Made by a program: the position numbers and the translations under genes. The notes beneath the pieces are model-generated. The model ran no database searches, was not told the origin of the DNA, and saw nothing but the letters and a program-made list of their open reading frames with translations. DNA of 64,000 nucleotides from Trichoplax adhaerens (lineage: Eukaryota > Animalia > Placozoa), in NCBI RefSeq assembly GCF_000150275.1, contig NW_002060945.1, positions 4,513,397-4,577,396 of the forward strand, in the 5' to 3' direction. This document shows, piece after piece, positions 50,548 to 64,000 of the stretch; position 1 is the first letter of the stretch; each line of letters begins with the position of its first letter.

Positions 50548-53500
50548 ATGAAAGAAAATAGATAACGTACTATATAAATTCGTTGTTTTATATATTCGTT
50601 ATAAATAGTATGCGATTTTTATACGCCTTCTCTGCCAAGATATCTTACATTGGTAAGAATACACGAGAAAAATATATTCTAAAGCACCTAATAAAATTAA
50701 TAACTCTTTTAAAATCTACAGAATAATTACAACTTATAGTGTATGTCGTATCGTATAGTAGCTACTGTAAGTATCTCTATTAACGTTATACAGCATATAC
50801 TCGTAAGTGGCAACCTTATAGATCTGTAAATAGCGTTACATATAAGTAGCTTTCTCGCAAACCACAAGGCGAAGAAATCATGTCATATTCCTACAACTTA
50901 TTAGTCCGTTGAGTCCTATCTTATTTTCAAATGCAGTAGCGTTATAGAAATACTTGCGGTAAAGAAAAAATTTTAGTCCTAATTGAGCTAAGCACTTAGC
51001 CTGCTAATTTGGCGCTATAATGTATAATCACGGATTTCAGAAATCTAACCCTAGCCCTAACATGTATAGAAACTAATTAAGTGAAATTAATTAGCCTAAT
51101 TGACTCTTCGATTGAAGTACGAATATGACAACGTCTTACAGCCGTATTATTGGTGGGATTCTTATGTAATTATGGATTTCTTTGAGCTTGTGGCCAAGGT
51201 GATACTTAGACCTATAGTATCTGAAGTGTACTTGGTTGACAGTATACCTTACTGTCCGTACATTTTTGATATGCTGCTATGGTGCTAAGGTATTACCTAC
51301 TGTAACTTTGATATAATGTAGAATTGCAGTTGTTTTATTTATTTGAATACATAATAGTATCAAGTATCAATATTTAAGAAAGGTAGAATAAACTTTAATG
51401 TAAGGAATTGCATGGAGACGCCCATGATTATCACCAGTGATATACTGGTGTTAGTATAACTTTATCTTCTATAACATTGCAAATGTGAAGCATTAGATCC
51501 AATATTAGTACTACTACTCTATATCTATAGACCGTTACTGGCACTTGACTGAGTTCCATTTTACCATCCTTATGTAAAAGCATACATTAATTAATTAATC
51601 AAGCATTTGCTAATCATGTAATCTACTGAACACGATTTATTGTCCATCAGCCGTAATTTGACAGTGTCATTGCAGTACAATAGTATATTCAATCTATTAA
51701 GAAACGACCCTACAGTGTTACAGGTAGTCCACCTAATCTTTACTGTACGGGCAAAATATGGAATAACCTTCTCTTTCTGTATACTGTTCATAATAAGTTG
51801 CGATACTATTACTGTTTGCCTACATTTCTGTCATTTTGATGTTTATACTATCCGATCAAAATAAAGATGACGTAACATTCCATTAGAAAAAATAGCTGTA
51901 AACAAGCCGTATTTCAAGGTCATTCTATTTGGAATAACATAGATGTTGCAAATAACTTAGCTACAAATAATGCTATAATTATACTACAGTGACTCAGCAT
52001 TACTATGCTGTTGTAGTATTAAAAGTCTGAGCTAATCACGATCACCAAATATACAGAAAACAGTAACATCAAAATAACATACTATAAATTGTTATAAAGT
52101 GCAGAGAATGGAAGGGCTTTATAATTTACCTATATCTACTACCATATGCCTTATATAAGTTTATTTGTTGTTTTGATGCATATCAGTCGACATCAATCTA
52201 ATGCAGTCCATCACATACAAAATTGAATAACTGCTAACGGTATACTGTAATTAATAAATTCTGAACCCGTTAAAATACATTAGGATATTTCAGTAATTAT
52301 TGTAATATCCTTGATATGATAGGCTACATCTTTAAACTTTAGCTAATAGGAACAATTCAAATACACGTATTGATTAGTAGTCGGCGATAGAAACCAAAGT
52401 CACTTAATACGCGAATTTATTGCGCCGTAATACATTATAAGCAGTAATATTCACTCTTCTATTATAGAGCACGTCGAAAGTTGTACAATTATCACACTGT
52501 CAGATCACCGTGAAGTGTAAATTTATTGTTTTGATTATTATAAATAACTAGCAATTAAGGTTACAGACTAGTTCATATACTATAGAAATGTTTATAGGTA
52601 GAAATGGCTGCGATAAATCCGCAACCTTTGCATAGTAACATGTTTAGGTTATGTTGCTAATACATAATTTAGGAGATAGATTAGGACTTATTTTAGTTGT
52701 ATTAAGACATATGGTTATAATTTCATATGCTCGCATGTGTTAATTAGCGCTATGTAACAGCAGTCACTTTAATTTAGATGCAGTAATGTATTATCAGCCT
52801 CTGATGGCATTACTCCGGTTTCATGATTTGTGCGGGTGATGTTGCATGAAAATATATAAATATTATTTAAGTTTAATGCACAAAGAAGTAAATTAAATTC
52901 AATACCGTAATTTATCGCTGATGTATAAGAGGTTAGAATTAATTAAAAGAAAGTAGCGTACGATTGTTACAATATGCTAATCTTAAGATGCGTAATTCAA
53001 ATTTTAAAGAATACCAATATACCTCTTCTGCTCGTAATGTATTTTTGTCACAAAAATTGTACATCTATTGGTGATAGTAATACACTTGAGATTATACGAA
53101 TAAATGTAGACTAAGAATTATAGCTTCAGAAATAATCATAGCATAGATGTGCTATAAGAAAAGAATAAATATAGAACAGAATTAATTACACACAAATTGT
53201 CTTCAATTAATTACTGAATAATTGATATACCATTTCTAAACAGAGCCAGATTAGGGTAGGTTCTAAATTAGATATAACATAGCAGAGACCTTTGCTAAGA
53301 CTGTACAAAAACGAGGATAAGTGATAACGAAGTTACTTTTAATAAAGCTCTACGACACAGCTTTACATACACCTCATGCGAACAACAATCTGTCGTAAGG
53401 TTAAGTAGATGTATACGGAAATCTATTTATAGATTATCAATTTATAATAATTCAGATTATTAATTTCAATGATGGTCTGAAATAGGATAGAAACTAGGTT

Positions 53501-56500
53501 CGTTTTATATGATGACATGTTGTGATAGCTGCTGAGCGATTATATTTATAACTTTATCTGTATATACTGTATGCCTGATACTATTATCTCATAATAAAAT
53601 CTTTCTGAAATTAAATTATATTACTTCTATTTTACTATTTTATCACCTATCCATTATGATTGTAGACCTAGAACTGTACGAAAGACATCACAGTAGCTTT
53701 ACCCATTTGTTATGCAGACCGATGGGCGGTGACTACGTCATGTATTTTTATGCATATGTAATCCTTATATAATTAGAAAACTCGTATCTGCTAGTTGTAT
53801 TGTATTAAATTCTCAAAAGCGATTGATTTATGAGACTGTCATTATAATACATACTTCAATTAACCTAGACTTCCTATGCAACAGTAAACAATATGTTTCT
53901 ATGCATCTATACAAAAGGAAGGGCATATCACCTCAATAGTAAATGCTATCTATAGGCGAAAAACCCTAAAGCAAAATTTTAAAATTTCTTAACATACTGC
54001 ATAATAAGATACAGTTTATGTCCTCGGAAGCAGTTGTAGAATGATAACCACCTTATTTATCCATAACAGTAATCCAATTGATCAATAGCTATTATAATTA
54101 CAATGTAGCATACAGTACCATATCTTCACATCACCGTGCACAGAATAATATAAATTTTTATATTGTGTCCCATCAACAAGATGCATTACTACAGGGCGTC
54201 GACCCAGGGAGAGGTGATTAATCTGATGCATTTCTAAAACATGTATCGTACAACTGATAACGAAAATTAGATCAGTTCTATAGTAACTTAGCTTCATATT
54301 AAAAATACTTGGCAAACACAAGCTCCATCTACCGTAAGGCATATGAACGAAATTGCCTATAACTTATAAGCCAAGACAACGATACAGCAAAATCACTACA
54401 TTGATGAAAAAGATAAACTACGAGAAATATAAGATTTGCGAATATAAGTGTTACAATTTACAAGTACTACTTTAGTAATCAGAGTTAAAAATAATAAATT
54501 ACATGCCTTTCATAGCTAAAATTATAATTTAGCTGAAGAGCGGCGACTAATAATCACGTTCAATTGAAGAAAAATTAAGAATCTGTTAGCTTTTTAATTG
54601 CCCGGCGTCTAATCTAACGCGGGCTAACTTCTGTTAGGAAGCTATAATTACTTTATTGTTAAAAATTGTTTAGTAGCAACAGCCTATATAGAATCGATCC
54701 ATTGAGAGTAATTTTAATTTCTACTTGTAATTTATTAATCAATCAAGGTGGCTTAATCAATTTAATATCAGCCCACGATACGCTCATTTTAAAGTACTAG
54801 AGCATCATCAAATATTTTCCTAACTCACAGTTAAATAAATAAAAACAACTAACAGTAATATCAATAATGATATTATGCGTCTTTAAATAAGAAGTGATCA
54901 CTCGTAATTCTATACTGACATTAATCTAATGTATACCACTAACTCCACTGGTATCTGTAAAAAGTGTAATGAAAACTTTACTTTTCTGATCTATAATAAT
55001 AATACTATGTCAATTTCAGTTTCGTATTCTAATTTAAATTACTATCGTTGTAAAACATAACATATTAAAGACTACAGTTTATTCGCTAAGACAATTAATG
55101 CTATTAATTAAACTAAAACCTTAACTGTCACAGTTATATACCATATCTCAATTAGAAAACTCGGAATAAATATGGAGAACTTGGAAGAATATTGAGATGG
55201 AAAATATACAAAAAATTTTTCTGAGCACTTAAACTACAATTTATTCCAATCTCCTATCTTACGAAATCAACGTAGAGGAAACAGAATCACTTTAATAGTT
55301 TTAAAAACTAATTTTAAAAGCTATCTAGAAGGAATAAGGCGATTTATGCTTATTTGACATTAATAATAGCTTTCACAACCAATGCTGCTGTCTTCAAATG
55401 TAACCTTAAAGCTAAGACTTTTCTAATTAATGAATTTTAGAACCGAAATAGCAATACTTCTCGCGGCACGGTATTCTTAATACCCATATCTTTCTCTAAT
55501 CCTATTCTAGAACTTCTGAAGACGATAAAATACAGTACATTCTACGGTACGATCTAATAATTACAATTATTACCTCAAAGTAACGACTTTATCCTCTAGT
55601 ATGATCCTCCAAACGTGTACAATAATAACTAATCAAAATACTTATGTTTATTTTTAGATGGATAGATAATGTCGTAAAATATTACAGAATTAGCGACTCA
55701 CAGAAGCAGATAAAATTTTTTTAAGATAGTTAATAGTATATAATTAGCACAGGCATGAAATTGCACTTCTTGATTGGCTGCTATATTTTATAATCATCGA
55801 TACAATTATCCCTTATTTTTACGATAGTAATTATATTTTTCTTTAATATTAGTCCGTTCAATTACATAATCAAATTATAACTATAGCTTATAGTTACATG
55901 AACAAGGCTAATCCTACAACAATTCACATATTAAAATTAAAATTATTACATCATTAATTAGCTCATAATTTTACTAGTCAATAGCTAACGATAGGAGAAA
56001 TATAATAACTTTAATTTTAAGAACAGCGTATCACCGCAAGTGAATCATAAACGTAAGTAATGATATTTACATACATCACCTTTCAATTAATGCAGTGCTA
56101 ATGCTATAAAGAACTAAAGATCCAATAGTTTATTATAAACACTTCAATATTGTAACAGAAATTTTTGTCTTTATTACATTTCATGTAAATTAAACTAATT
56201 GGTCATAATACAGTAATTCTAAACGTATCGATAAGCATCGTTAAAAAAATAACATTTTCCCATGTAGTTTACTTGTAGAATTAAAAAAATGATCAGAAAC
56301 AAAGAAAGAGCCGTAATATACAGGGAAATTTTAATCATTGATGACCTTGAATTTACATTGTACAAGATCGATATGCGGTTTATTAAGAAAAAAATGGAAC
56401 TGGTGGATGGAAAATTTGTTTAGGATATGACTTGATTAAATGATAATTAAGCAATTATCAACATCAAACTTAGCGATTACTAAAAAAATTCGTCAAAATT

Positions 56501-57268
56501 CATTATTTATTAAACGGTTTGACGGCTAATACAATATCTATTGAAAGTTTATGAACTTGAAAAGCGTTATATAATGGTTTAGATATCATATTGAATAATA
56601 TTTTTTACGCACCTTCCCATCAAAATAAATAATATAAATAGTGAGTATGAGTGAACCCTCGTTGAGAAATGCTGCTGTTTAGATGGTAATGCATCTTGTT
56701 TCTTCGAAGACATCAGAATCTCTATTCCTTTTGAAACTATCGCAAATATTTGTTGTCATTTTGTTAAGTCACGTAACCAAGTATTACTCTGATTATTTAT
56801 CTGTTGATATTATTGTTGACTTCAAAGAGAGTAAAAAAGTATAGTTTTCAAAGATGTTGTTAAATTAAGTTTCATTGATCAAATGTTTTAGAATAACAAT
56901 GAACAGCGGAAGAGAAGGAACTATATTAAAGTATTACAAATTATTTAACTGACGATAACAGACTTGGATAGTATCAAAATTATAGTTATGATATGTTCGA
57001 TTTTGATCAAGATAAACATATCAATTCTTCGATAGATACCGTATTTGTTAAAATAAATATCAATCGGTCACTACCGACAATTTTTGCTAGCATTGAAATC
57101 AATAATATGACACTCAATTAAAGATAACGCTGATACAACAAAGCCAAAAATTCTTGCTTAATATCGATGGGAAAATGATCATGGTAAGTAATTATATTTG
57201 CATTGAAATGCCAGCATTAACTTAGCTTGTTGACATTTCGATCAATTAATTAAACTGGTAATTTAAGG

Positions 57269-58471
57269 CTACGTTGATACTTCGTCAGCACGCGTTTGCG
57301 GCGCCACGCTACCAGGATTAAGGGAGTACGATGATGGTTCCACGCGAGATGAATTGCATCTTCGAGCAATACGGCGTATCCATTTTGGTGCATTATTTTT
57401 AAATGTTTTATTAAAGTAGCCGTAAATAATTGCGTTATATGCGATGCAAGTATAGTTTAAAATAATCAAAACGTTGATCACAGTGTAGATCAAGTAGAAA
57501 TCTCGGATCACAATTAATTGAAAATCCACTAAGACAAAGATCAAGTAATAGGGTAAATTGGTAACGATAAATAAGACAAGGCAAGTAATAAAGATTTTAA
57601 CTACTCGTCTTTTAGCTTTTAACCCATGATTCTCTTTAGTAAGTGTATCACGTCGTCCACCGGTCGTTGGTCTTGTACCAACTGGTGGTACCGTATGCTT
57701 ATCGCCCGGTCCTGTTTGCCATAATTTTCTAACAATAATTGCGTACAAGGTTGTCATAATGATAGCCGGTAATAGAAAGACAAAGATGATAAAAAGTAAC
57801 CATATTATCATTTTTGAGAATTGTAAATAATATACGGATTGGTTATGAGAATCAGTAATATTAATGTCCAATTGAGGATTTTGCGGCCAAGTTGGGACAC
57901 AACGTTTAAAACCGCCGTTTAAATGGAGGATGTCAACAAAAACTCCATAAGGTGTCCAAAACAAGAATGATAATAACCAAGATGCCGGAAGAAATATATA
58001 AACTTTTACTAATGTCATTCGTAGATGGCGCTTTGTTGGATATATAACTGAAATAAAGCGATCGATGCAAATAGTCGTTAACGTAATAGATATGGACGTG
58101 ATACATGATGCCGGTACAATTTGAGCCATTTTACATACGGAGGTGCTAAACGGGTAAAAGAATAGCGTCTGAGTAGGATAGATTAGTTCGTAAGTTTTAA
58201 TCGGCATTCGTATACATGCTAACAGCAATCCGGCAAGAGCCAAGTTGCATACCAATAAATTGGTCGGTGTTCGCATTTTTTTGTTTGCCAATGTAATCCA
58301 TAAAATCAAAAAATTACCAGGTATAGCTACAATCATAACCAAGATATATACAACAGTAATAACGATGAAAGCTGTTCGCATCGCTTGTTCACCAGGGCTG
58401 ATAGTTGCAACAACCCCACCTGCGGTAGTTGCAATCGTGCTATTGATGGTATTATTAAAACTAGAATTCAT
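57269..58471 (-). CDS. Intronless class A (rhodopsin-like) GPCR, peptide-receptor-like, 400 aa
   Basis: Seven hydrophobic segments, N-terminal NxS/T sites, GN in TM1, MRTPTNLLVCNLA, TM3 Cys and DRF motif, TM4 Trp, ECL2 Cys, KRRVVK before TM6, and NAIIYGYFNKTFK. Confidence 0.95.
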   Translation of the reverse strand: MNSSFNNTINSTIATTAGGVVATISPGEQAMRTAFIVITVVYILVMIVAIPGNFLILWITLANKKMRTPTNLLVCNLALAGLLLACIRMPIKTYELIYPTQTLFFYPFSTSVCKMAQIVPASCITSISITLTTICIDRFISVIYPTKRHLRMTLVKVYIFLPASWLLSFLFWTPYGVFVDILHLNGGFKRCVPTWPQNPQLDINITDSHNQSVYYLQFSKMIIWLLFIIFVFLLPAIIMTTLYAIIVRKLWQTGPGDKHTVPPVGTRPTTGGRRDTLTKENHGLKAKRRVVKIFITCLVLFIVTNLPYYLIFVLVDFQLIVIRDFYLIYTVINVLIILNYTCIAYNAIIYGYFNKTFKNNAPKWIRRIARRCNSSRVEPSSYSLNPGSVAPQTRADEVST

Positions 58472-61400
58472 ATTGACGTTCTGTGATGTGCACCTACCGA
58501 TAATTTGATAGACGATTTCAATTTCTAAAGCTATAAATTATGATTTAATGAATTTATTTGCGAGATTGGCGTTAAAGAGGAATACAGAATAATACGATAA
58601 TTAAGCAATTAGCAATTTGAAGCTTATCAGGAAAGTGGTTTCTTAATCCTTCACTCTTACTGTACACTCTTCTTGTAGGATGCTATGATTTTTTTCAATT
58701 AATCAAGACGCTGCGGTCAAGTACAGTACCCTACCACGCGAAGTTCGATCACAAAATGTCGAAAATAACCTCTTTCACTACTATTTTGGTATAATTTAAG
58801 GCTATAGGATCATGATTTTAACTATAGGCCCGGTGGAACTAAAAAAATTTACTTGAAAAGGTAATTATACGTAATAAATAATATGATTTCAATAGATCTA
58901 TTGAATTGACTGTCTCGAAATTGTATATTTATTTGCATTGTCATAGTTGTTTATGCCCGGCCATGATAATAAAATTATTAATTATGCAGAATACTATATT
59001 CTTCTGTAAGTTTATAATTGGTTGCCAGATATGTCAATACATGGAGTAAATTGTTTGGGAATACGAAGAATTATCATCCTTCAAAGAATTGACAATAATC
59101 GGATAACCGCAGTATTGTATATCAAATTCAATAGGATTCAGTCGTTTAAGAAACGAACCCTTTTACCCGACATCATAACAAGCTATAAAATATTATTTGA
59201 AGTCTGGACACACATTGTAGCCCACTTGTTGACAGTGCTTAGGAAGTAATTTTCGTATAAATGCATACATACTTGTTTATCTCTCATATCAATTAGTACG
59301 TAACACATACGTAATTACCATTGATATGTTATACGGGAAATTACATTTAATAAGCTACTCGATGTCTTGGCACATCCTTTAATATCGATCCGGCAAATTT
59401 TTTATTTCAGTAATGGCTTGTAACATCACGATTATCACAATAATTTAATATTATTCAATCTGTAGAATCAGTCGTGATGCTCAGTTTTATGAATTATCTA
59501 ATCTACCTTTATCAAGTTTATCGACATGGTTATTGTAACTCTTAACTACGGCTGTCATACGATACAAAAACAACATAATAATAAGATTCGCATGATTTAG
59601 CTAATACAATGAGCTTATAAGATGGATAATGATTATCTTTTGGCGTAATTAACAGCCATCTTTTACGTCATCGCCTAGAATGGAGACTATCTATTGACAA
59701 TAGTTGAATATCATGCCATAAGACTTTAATAATTCAATATTGTTGATTTAATGTTTATGACAATCATTTCATTCATTAAATAGGTTGTGATTTCATACTA
59801 CATTTGATATAGCTAATTTTAATATACACCCTACTGTCTCAATAATCAATTACAAACCACATCACATAAATTTATTATAACAATAGCTTAGTACAAATTC
59901 CATGATCTAACTGAAATAATAATATTAGTTATTCTTATCATTTTATTTTAAGTATATCCGGTCTAGTTATGATTATTTAATTGCATTTTCTGATAAAATT
60001 GATCTCTATTTTTAGATAATCTATCATAATACTTTAATTAACAGTTAAATACCCCATCGTGTAATGATTTTGGTTCATAAAACTTGTTTGAGTGGTAGCT
60101 ATGCCTGCTTTCAAAACAATCCCAGCAATTTATTTTCATTCTAGATGTTATCAGCTGATTCCATGAATTATAATAATGCATTATTGTACTGTAGAATCCT
60201 GCTACATACCTATACATTTTCTGTTTGACACTACCATTTAGATCACAAAAATCAAATGTATTGGGTATACGTGGTGAAAAATAAGCTATGCATCAATGTA
60301 AATGTATAACTGGAATATTAAAATAGTTTTTGTGAGCATTACGGATAAACAAGAGTTGTTCGTTATTAAATGTTAGCTTAATAGGAAGATGAACGTTTAT
60401 ATCATCAAAACAATGCTGTTTATAATCCTTAGTTACATAGATTGATCTCAAAAGGGGCCTTTTATTATAGCTGCTATCGATTACAAGAGACTATATAAAG
60501 AATTAATCAAATAGAAATGCGCAATTTCTATTTAATAATCTTGATGTGTATCATTCCCGTATTTCGTAATAGCAACTACTAACTGCTTTTTTATAAGATT
60601 TACGCAGCCCTAGAAAGTAAATGATCAACGTAGGTTTCCAAGACAATATAAAAATTGATTACACCATGATTGTGAATATCGATTTGGTCGGTAGTCTTAC
60701 GCGACAATATCGACAGTACTTTTTCTTAATTTATATGATATAATTAGTGATTAACATATGTAATCAATAAGTAATGCTTTATCGCTGGCAAATTTTAAAC
60801 AAGCTACTTGGTACATTGATGTCTTAGAAAATGCTTTCGAATTTTCAGCATCTGCTTTAATCCTTTGCAAACTTACACAACGTGATTTGAGAAATTTTTT
60901 CTTTCTCTTAACTATAAAATTAAAATATTTACAAAAATTGATCAAACAATTAATGATAGTGTAAATATTTGTAGGGTTAAAACCAAATTTTAGAAAGGAT
61001 ACACTTATCAAAGATTACCAATTTCTCGAAATATTTCAAAATCTTTGATGATATTCTAGCTAAAAATTCATTGGTTAAAAATAGAAATAAACGAAAACTA
61101 TCAATTCACATCCATTGGAACTTAAGTTTGTAGTTACCAATATTTATACTAATAAGACTTCTTTAACCTTGATGAGGTTATGCTATTTTAAAATATTTTT
61201 CCAATTTAGCTTATTTTACTTCGTGATTTCTCTTCACTAATGTGTCATAAATGGTAAGTATTTTCTCAATAAAAAAGTATTCTGCCTGATAAAGTATGTA
61301 ACTCGACCGGAAATTAGTTTCATAACGTGTACAACCTACTGTTCTTAAAAGTTCGCAATTTGAGATCAACAAAATCAACATTGGATAACTATTGTATAAT

Positions 61401-63499
61401 TATACTACTTAACAACGATAATAAACAGTTTAAATCTCTAGCATTTTTGTGCATAAAACCCTATCCTGTCATTTCAAACATTAGTGTATCATCTTTGTAT
61501 CATATTTATATGCATACAATTGGCTAATTTAGGGTATTAACTTTCACAGGTACAGGCTAATTCTCCATTATAGTTTTGCCGGCAGCAATTGTCGCCAGAC
61601 ATTTTTCACTATCATTCTTAACATCTTTATTGCACCTGCTACGTCCAATTTTGGATGTCTGTTAAGAGCTACCAATGCTTATCCTACCTGAAATCTTTCA
61701 TCCAGAGATAATACCATAATACAAAATGATATTTACATGTTACTTGTTGTTAATAATTAGGACTACGACTAATATGATAGAAATGTTATCGCTGGTGCTT
61801 AAATAAAATAGTAATATACTGATAAAATGACTATGAGGGCATACATGCTACTATCACGATCAAATACCTTATAACTGAAATGCTGAATGAAGATGGAAAG
61901 TTCGTTATTAATATTAATGATGTAAAGTATAAAGTTTTTATAAAGACCGTCTGGATGACGCAATTTTTATTTTTATATATAAAGCAATCTTGTTGAAATG
62001 ACAAACCATGCGTTTTAAAGAAAACCGCAGCTATGTATAGATTGTTCTTTTCTCTAAATTTTAGCCGAGGATCAATAGTCGTTCTTTAGATTTGTATTAA
62101 TTAACTTTTTGCTTAGTAACTCTACTGTAAATGATGGGAAGACAGTAAATAAAAAACCCACAGATATTCAAGGGTATTGACGATCTAGGGGCCCTTCAGG
62201 CACATTTCTCCTTGTTAACTAGTACAGATAGACGATATTTTATGAGTATACAAATTGACATAGGAGTTTGTACTTAATGCAGAACCTATTATTATTTTAA
62301 TAACAACCCAATCACCAACAAGAGCAGGTTTAGATATCAAAATCAGACAAAAACAGATTTCTTATCTAAATTATTATTAATTCAAGGAACTATGATCTAC
62401 TACTTGGAAATATACAATTTATGGACAGAATTAATAAATAATGATATAGGCATCGAAGAAAGTAGTTCCGTTATACTTTAAGAAAATAACATGGTATTCT
62501 ATCATGATTATTAATAATCTTTGTTAGTATATATTAAATTTTCAAAAGGTTTACATTTTTTATTAATGTTTTCAACTATGATCCTATAATTACAATGCAG
62601 TGCTTCGTCCACTATGTAAGAAAAATAGATTTTCCTATTTACTTCTATGACATCACCTGTGCTGCTTAATTATTATATTATGTAGAAGTGAGCGTAGTCA
62701 AAGCCCCTTTCAAACCGTATTAAGCTCCAATGATTGTATTTACCTCATTATGAGATCATTTCCTTTATTGATAAACTATTCATGAAGTCAATATCTCTTA
62801 GGATAAATATCTACCGTACATTATACTACACATGGCTAACAGTCTACAATCACAAATACTAAGTTACATTACATAGACCGTTACAGAAAATGAATACGAA
62901 AAATTTATTATACACTCGTATTCATATCAGACAACTATATCAAATTGTTATTCACATCTAGCACTGCAATAATCTTCCGTTGAATAGGAAAATGGAATCG
63001 GTAATAGTATTGCTCTCCATTGCATGACCGATTTCAGCTCTAATCTATACAATACTATACTGGGGCTTGGTAACGAAAAGACCTTGATTCAAAATTTCAC
63101 TTCTAATTGGTATAGGTGTAGAACGAACCTCTTTCATGAAAGAAGTGACATTACAGGTGCGCGCACGCTGGCATATGGAATACGAGTATACTCGTATTTC
63201 CAGTAGTTGTGATGTAGATAGAGATACTACGGAACAGTCTAATGAATCTGATAAAAGAAAACCCGAAAAGATCTGGGTTTAAAACTCTACTTCCAGTTAG
63301 TATATACTGGAATACCATCATCTCATCACACGAGAAGCGCTATTACAGACTATGATTTACAGTTACGCGTACGTTGTTGTATGGAATACCTTCTCGAGTA
63401 GCGTTGTCTTGTAGATATACAGTACAGTAATATAATACCCACAATACCCAGAATACAGTATGTAGGGGAAATTGTTGTATTGAACTACCGTAATTATTA

Positions 63500-64000
63500 A
63501 TTAATAAATACAGACAGTGCTGTACTGTAGAGCGAATAGCAATCATGTGGAAGTTTATTTTACCGGTGCGCTTCTACTGCACTGTACTGTACACTACAGT
63601 ACTCTCAGTTAGTGCTTGATGCGGAACGCTACAGTGCGCTGCTACAGTAAAAATAATTGTACTGTATACTATGCACTGTACTAAAAAGAAAAGAGATACT
63701 GTACTGTACAGTACCAAAGAAACCCTACAGTACTATACTGTACAGTACTGTACACTATACACTGTACGGTACTTTGCACTACTGTACTGTACTGTATGCG
63801 CTACTGTACAGAGTACAGTATACTAAAAAGAAAAGAGATGCTGTACAGTGTACAGTACCAAAGAAACCGTACTATACTGTACACTGTACACTGTATAATG
63901 TATTGTACTGTACTGTACTGTACTGTACTAAATCAACTTAGCAGCATACTGTACCGTACTGTATTAGCAACTACTGTACTGTACAGTACGATACAGTTCT
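63500..64000. repeat. CAGTA/TACTG microsatellite tract containing an about 142-bp tandem duplication
   Basis: Dense TACTG/CAGTA runs; ACTAAAAAGAAAAGAGAT(A/G)CTGTAC..ACAGTACCAAAGAAACC occurs at about 63680 and 63822. Confidence 0.85.

Noticed and set aside
51046-51060. Telomere-like CTAACCCTAGCCCTAA
   Set aside because: Only about 2.5 imperfect units; compatible with chance.
50600-57200. Short ORFs (51100, 51640, 54082) in the long intergenic tract
   Set aside because: No convincing splice-compatible exon chain, motif or RNA-gene structure found by eye.

Overview
AT-rich, intron-dense eukaryotic (animal) genomic DNA with many short introns of roughly 70-150 nt. The compact architecture and gene content suggest a non-bilaterian such as a placozoan (Trichoplax-like); this is inference only. 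Manual splicing supports ten protein-coding genes: the 3' end of a tensin (SH2+PTB); an 84-aa three-exon C10orf143-like CxxC..HxxH microgene invisible in the ORF track; a neurabin/spinophilin (PPP1R9)-like gene; LETMD1; TMEM163; a free-standing 234-aa AlaX tRNA-editing gene; AP4B1; VPS8; ZNF330/NOA36; and an intronless class A GPCR with degenerate activation motifs. There are three head-to-head gene pairs, two of which carry dense CAGTA/TACTG microsatellite tracts. The window also holds several tandem-repeat arrays, an 80-bp MITE-like element, short hairpin elements and two possible pseudogene relics. No rRNA, tRNA or CRISPR array was recognised. All homologies were recalled from memory of the protein families, not from database searches.
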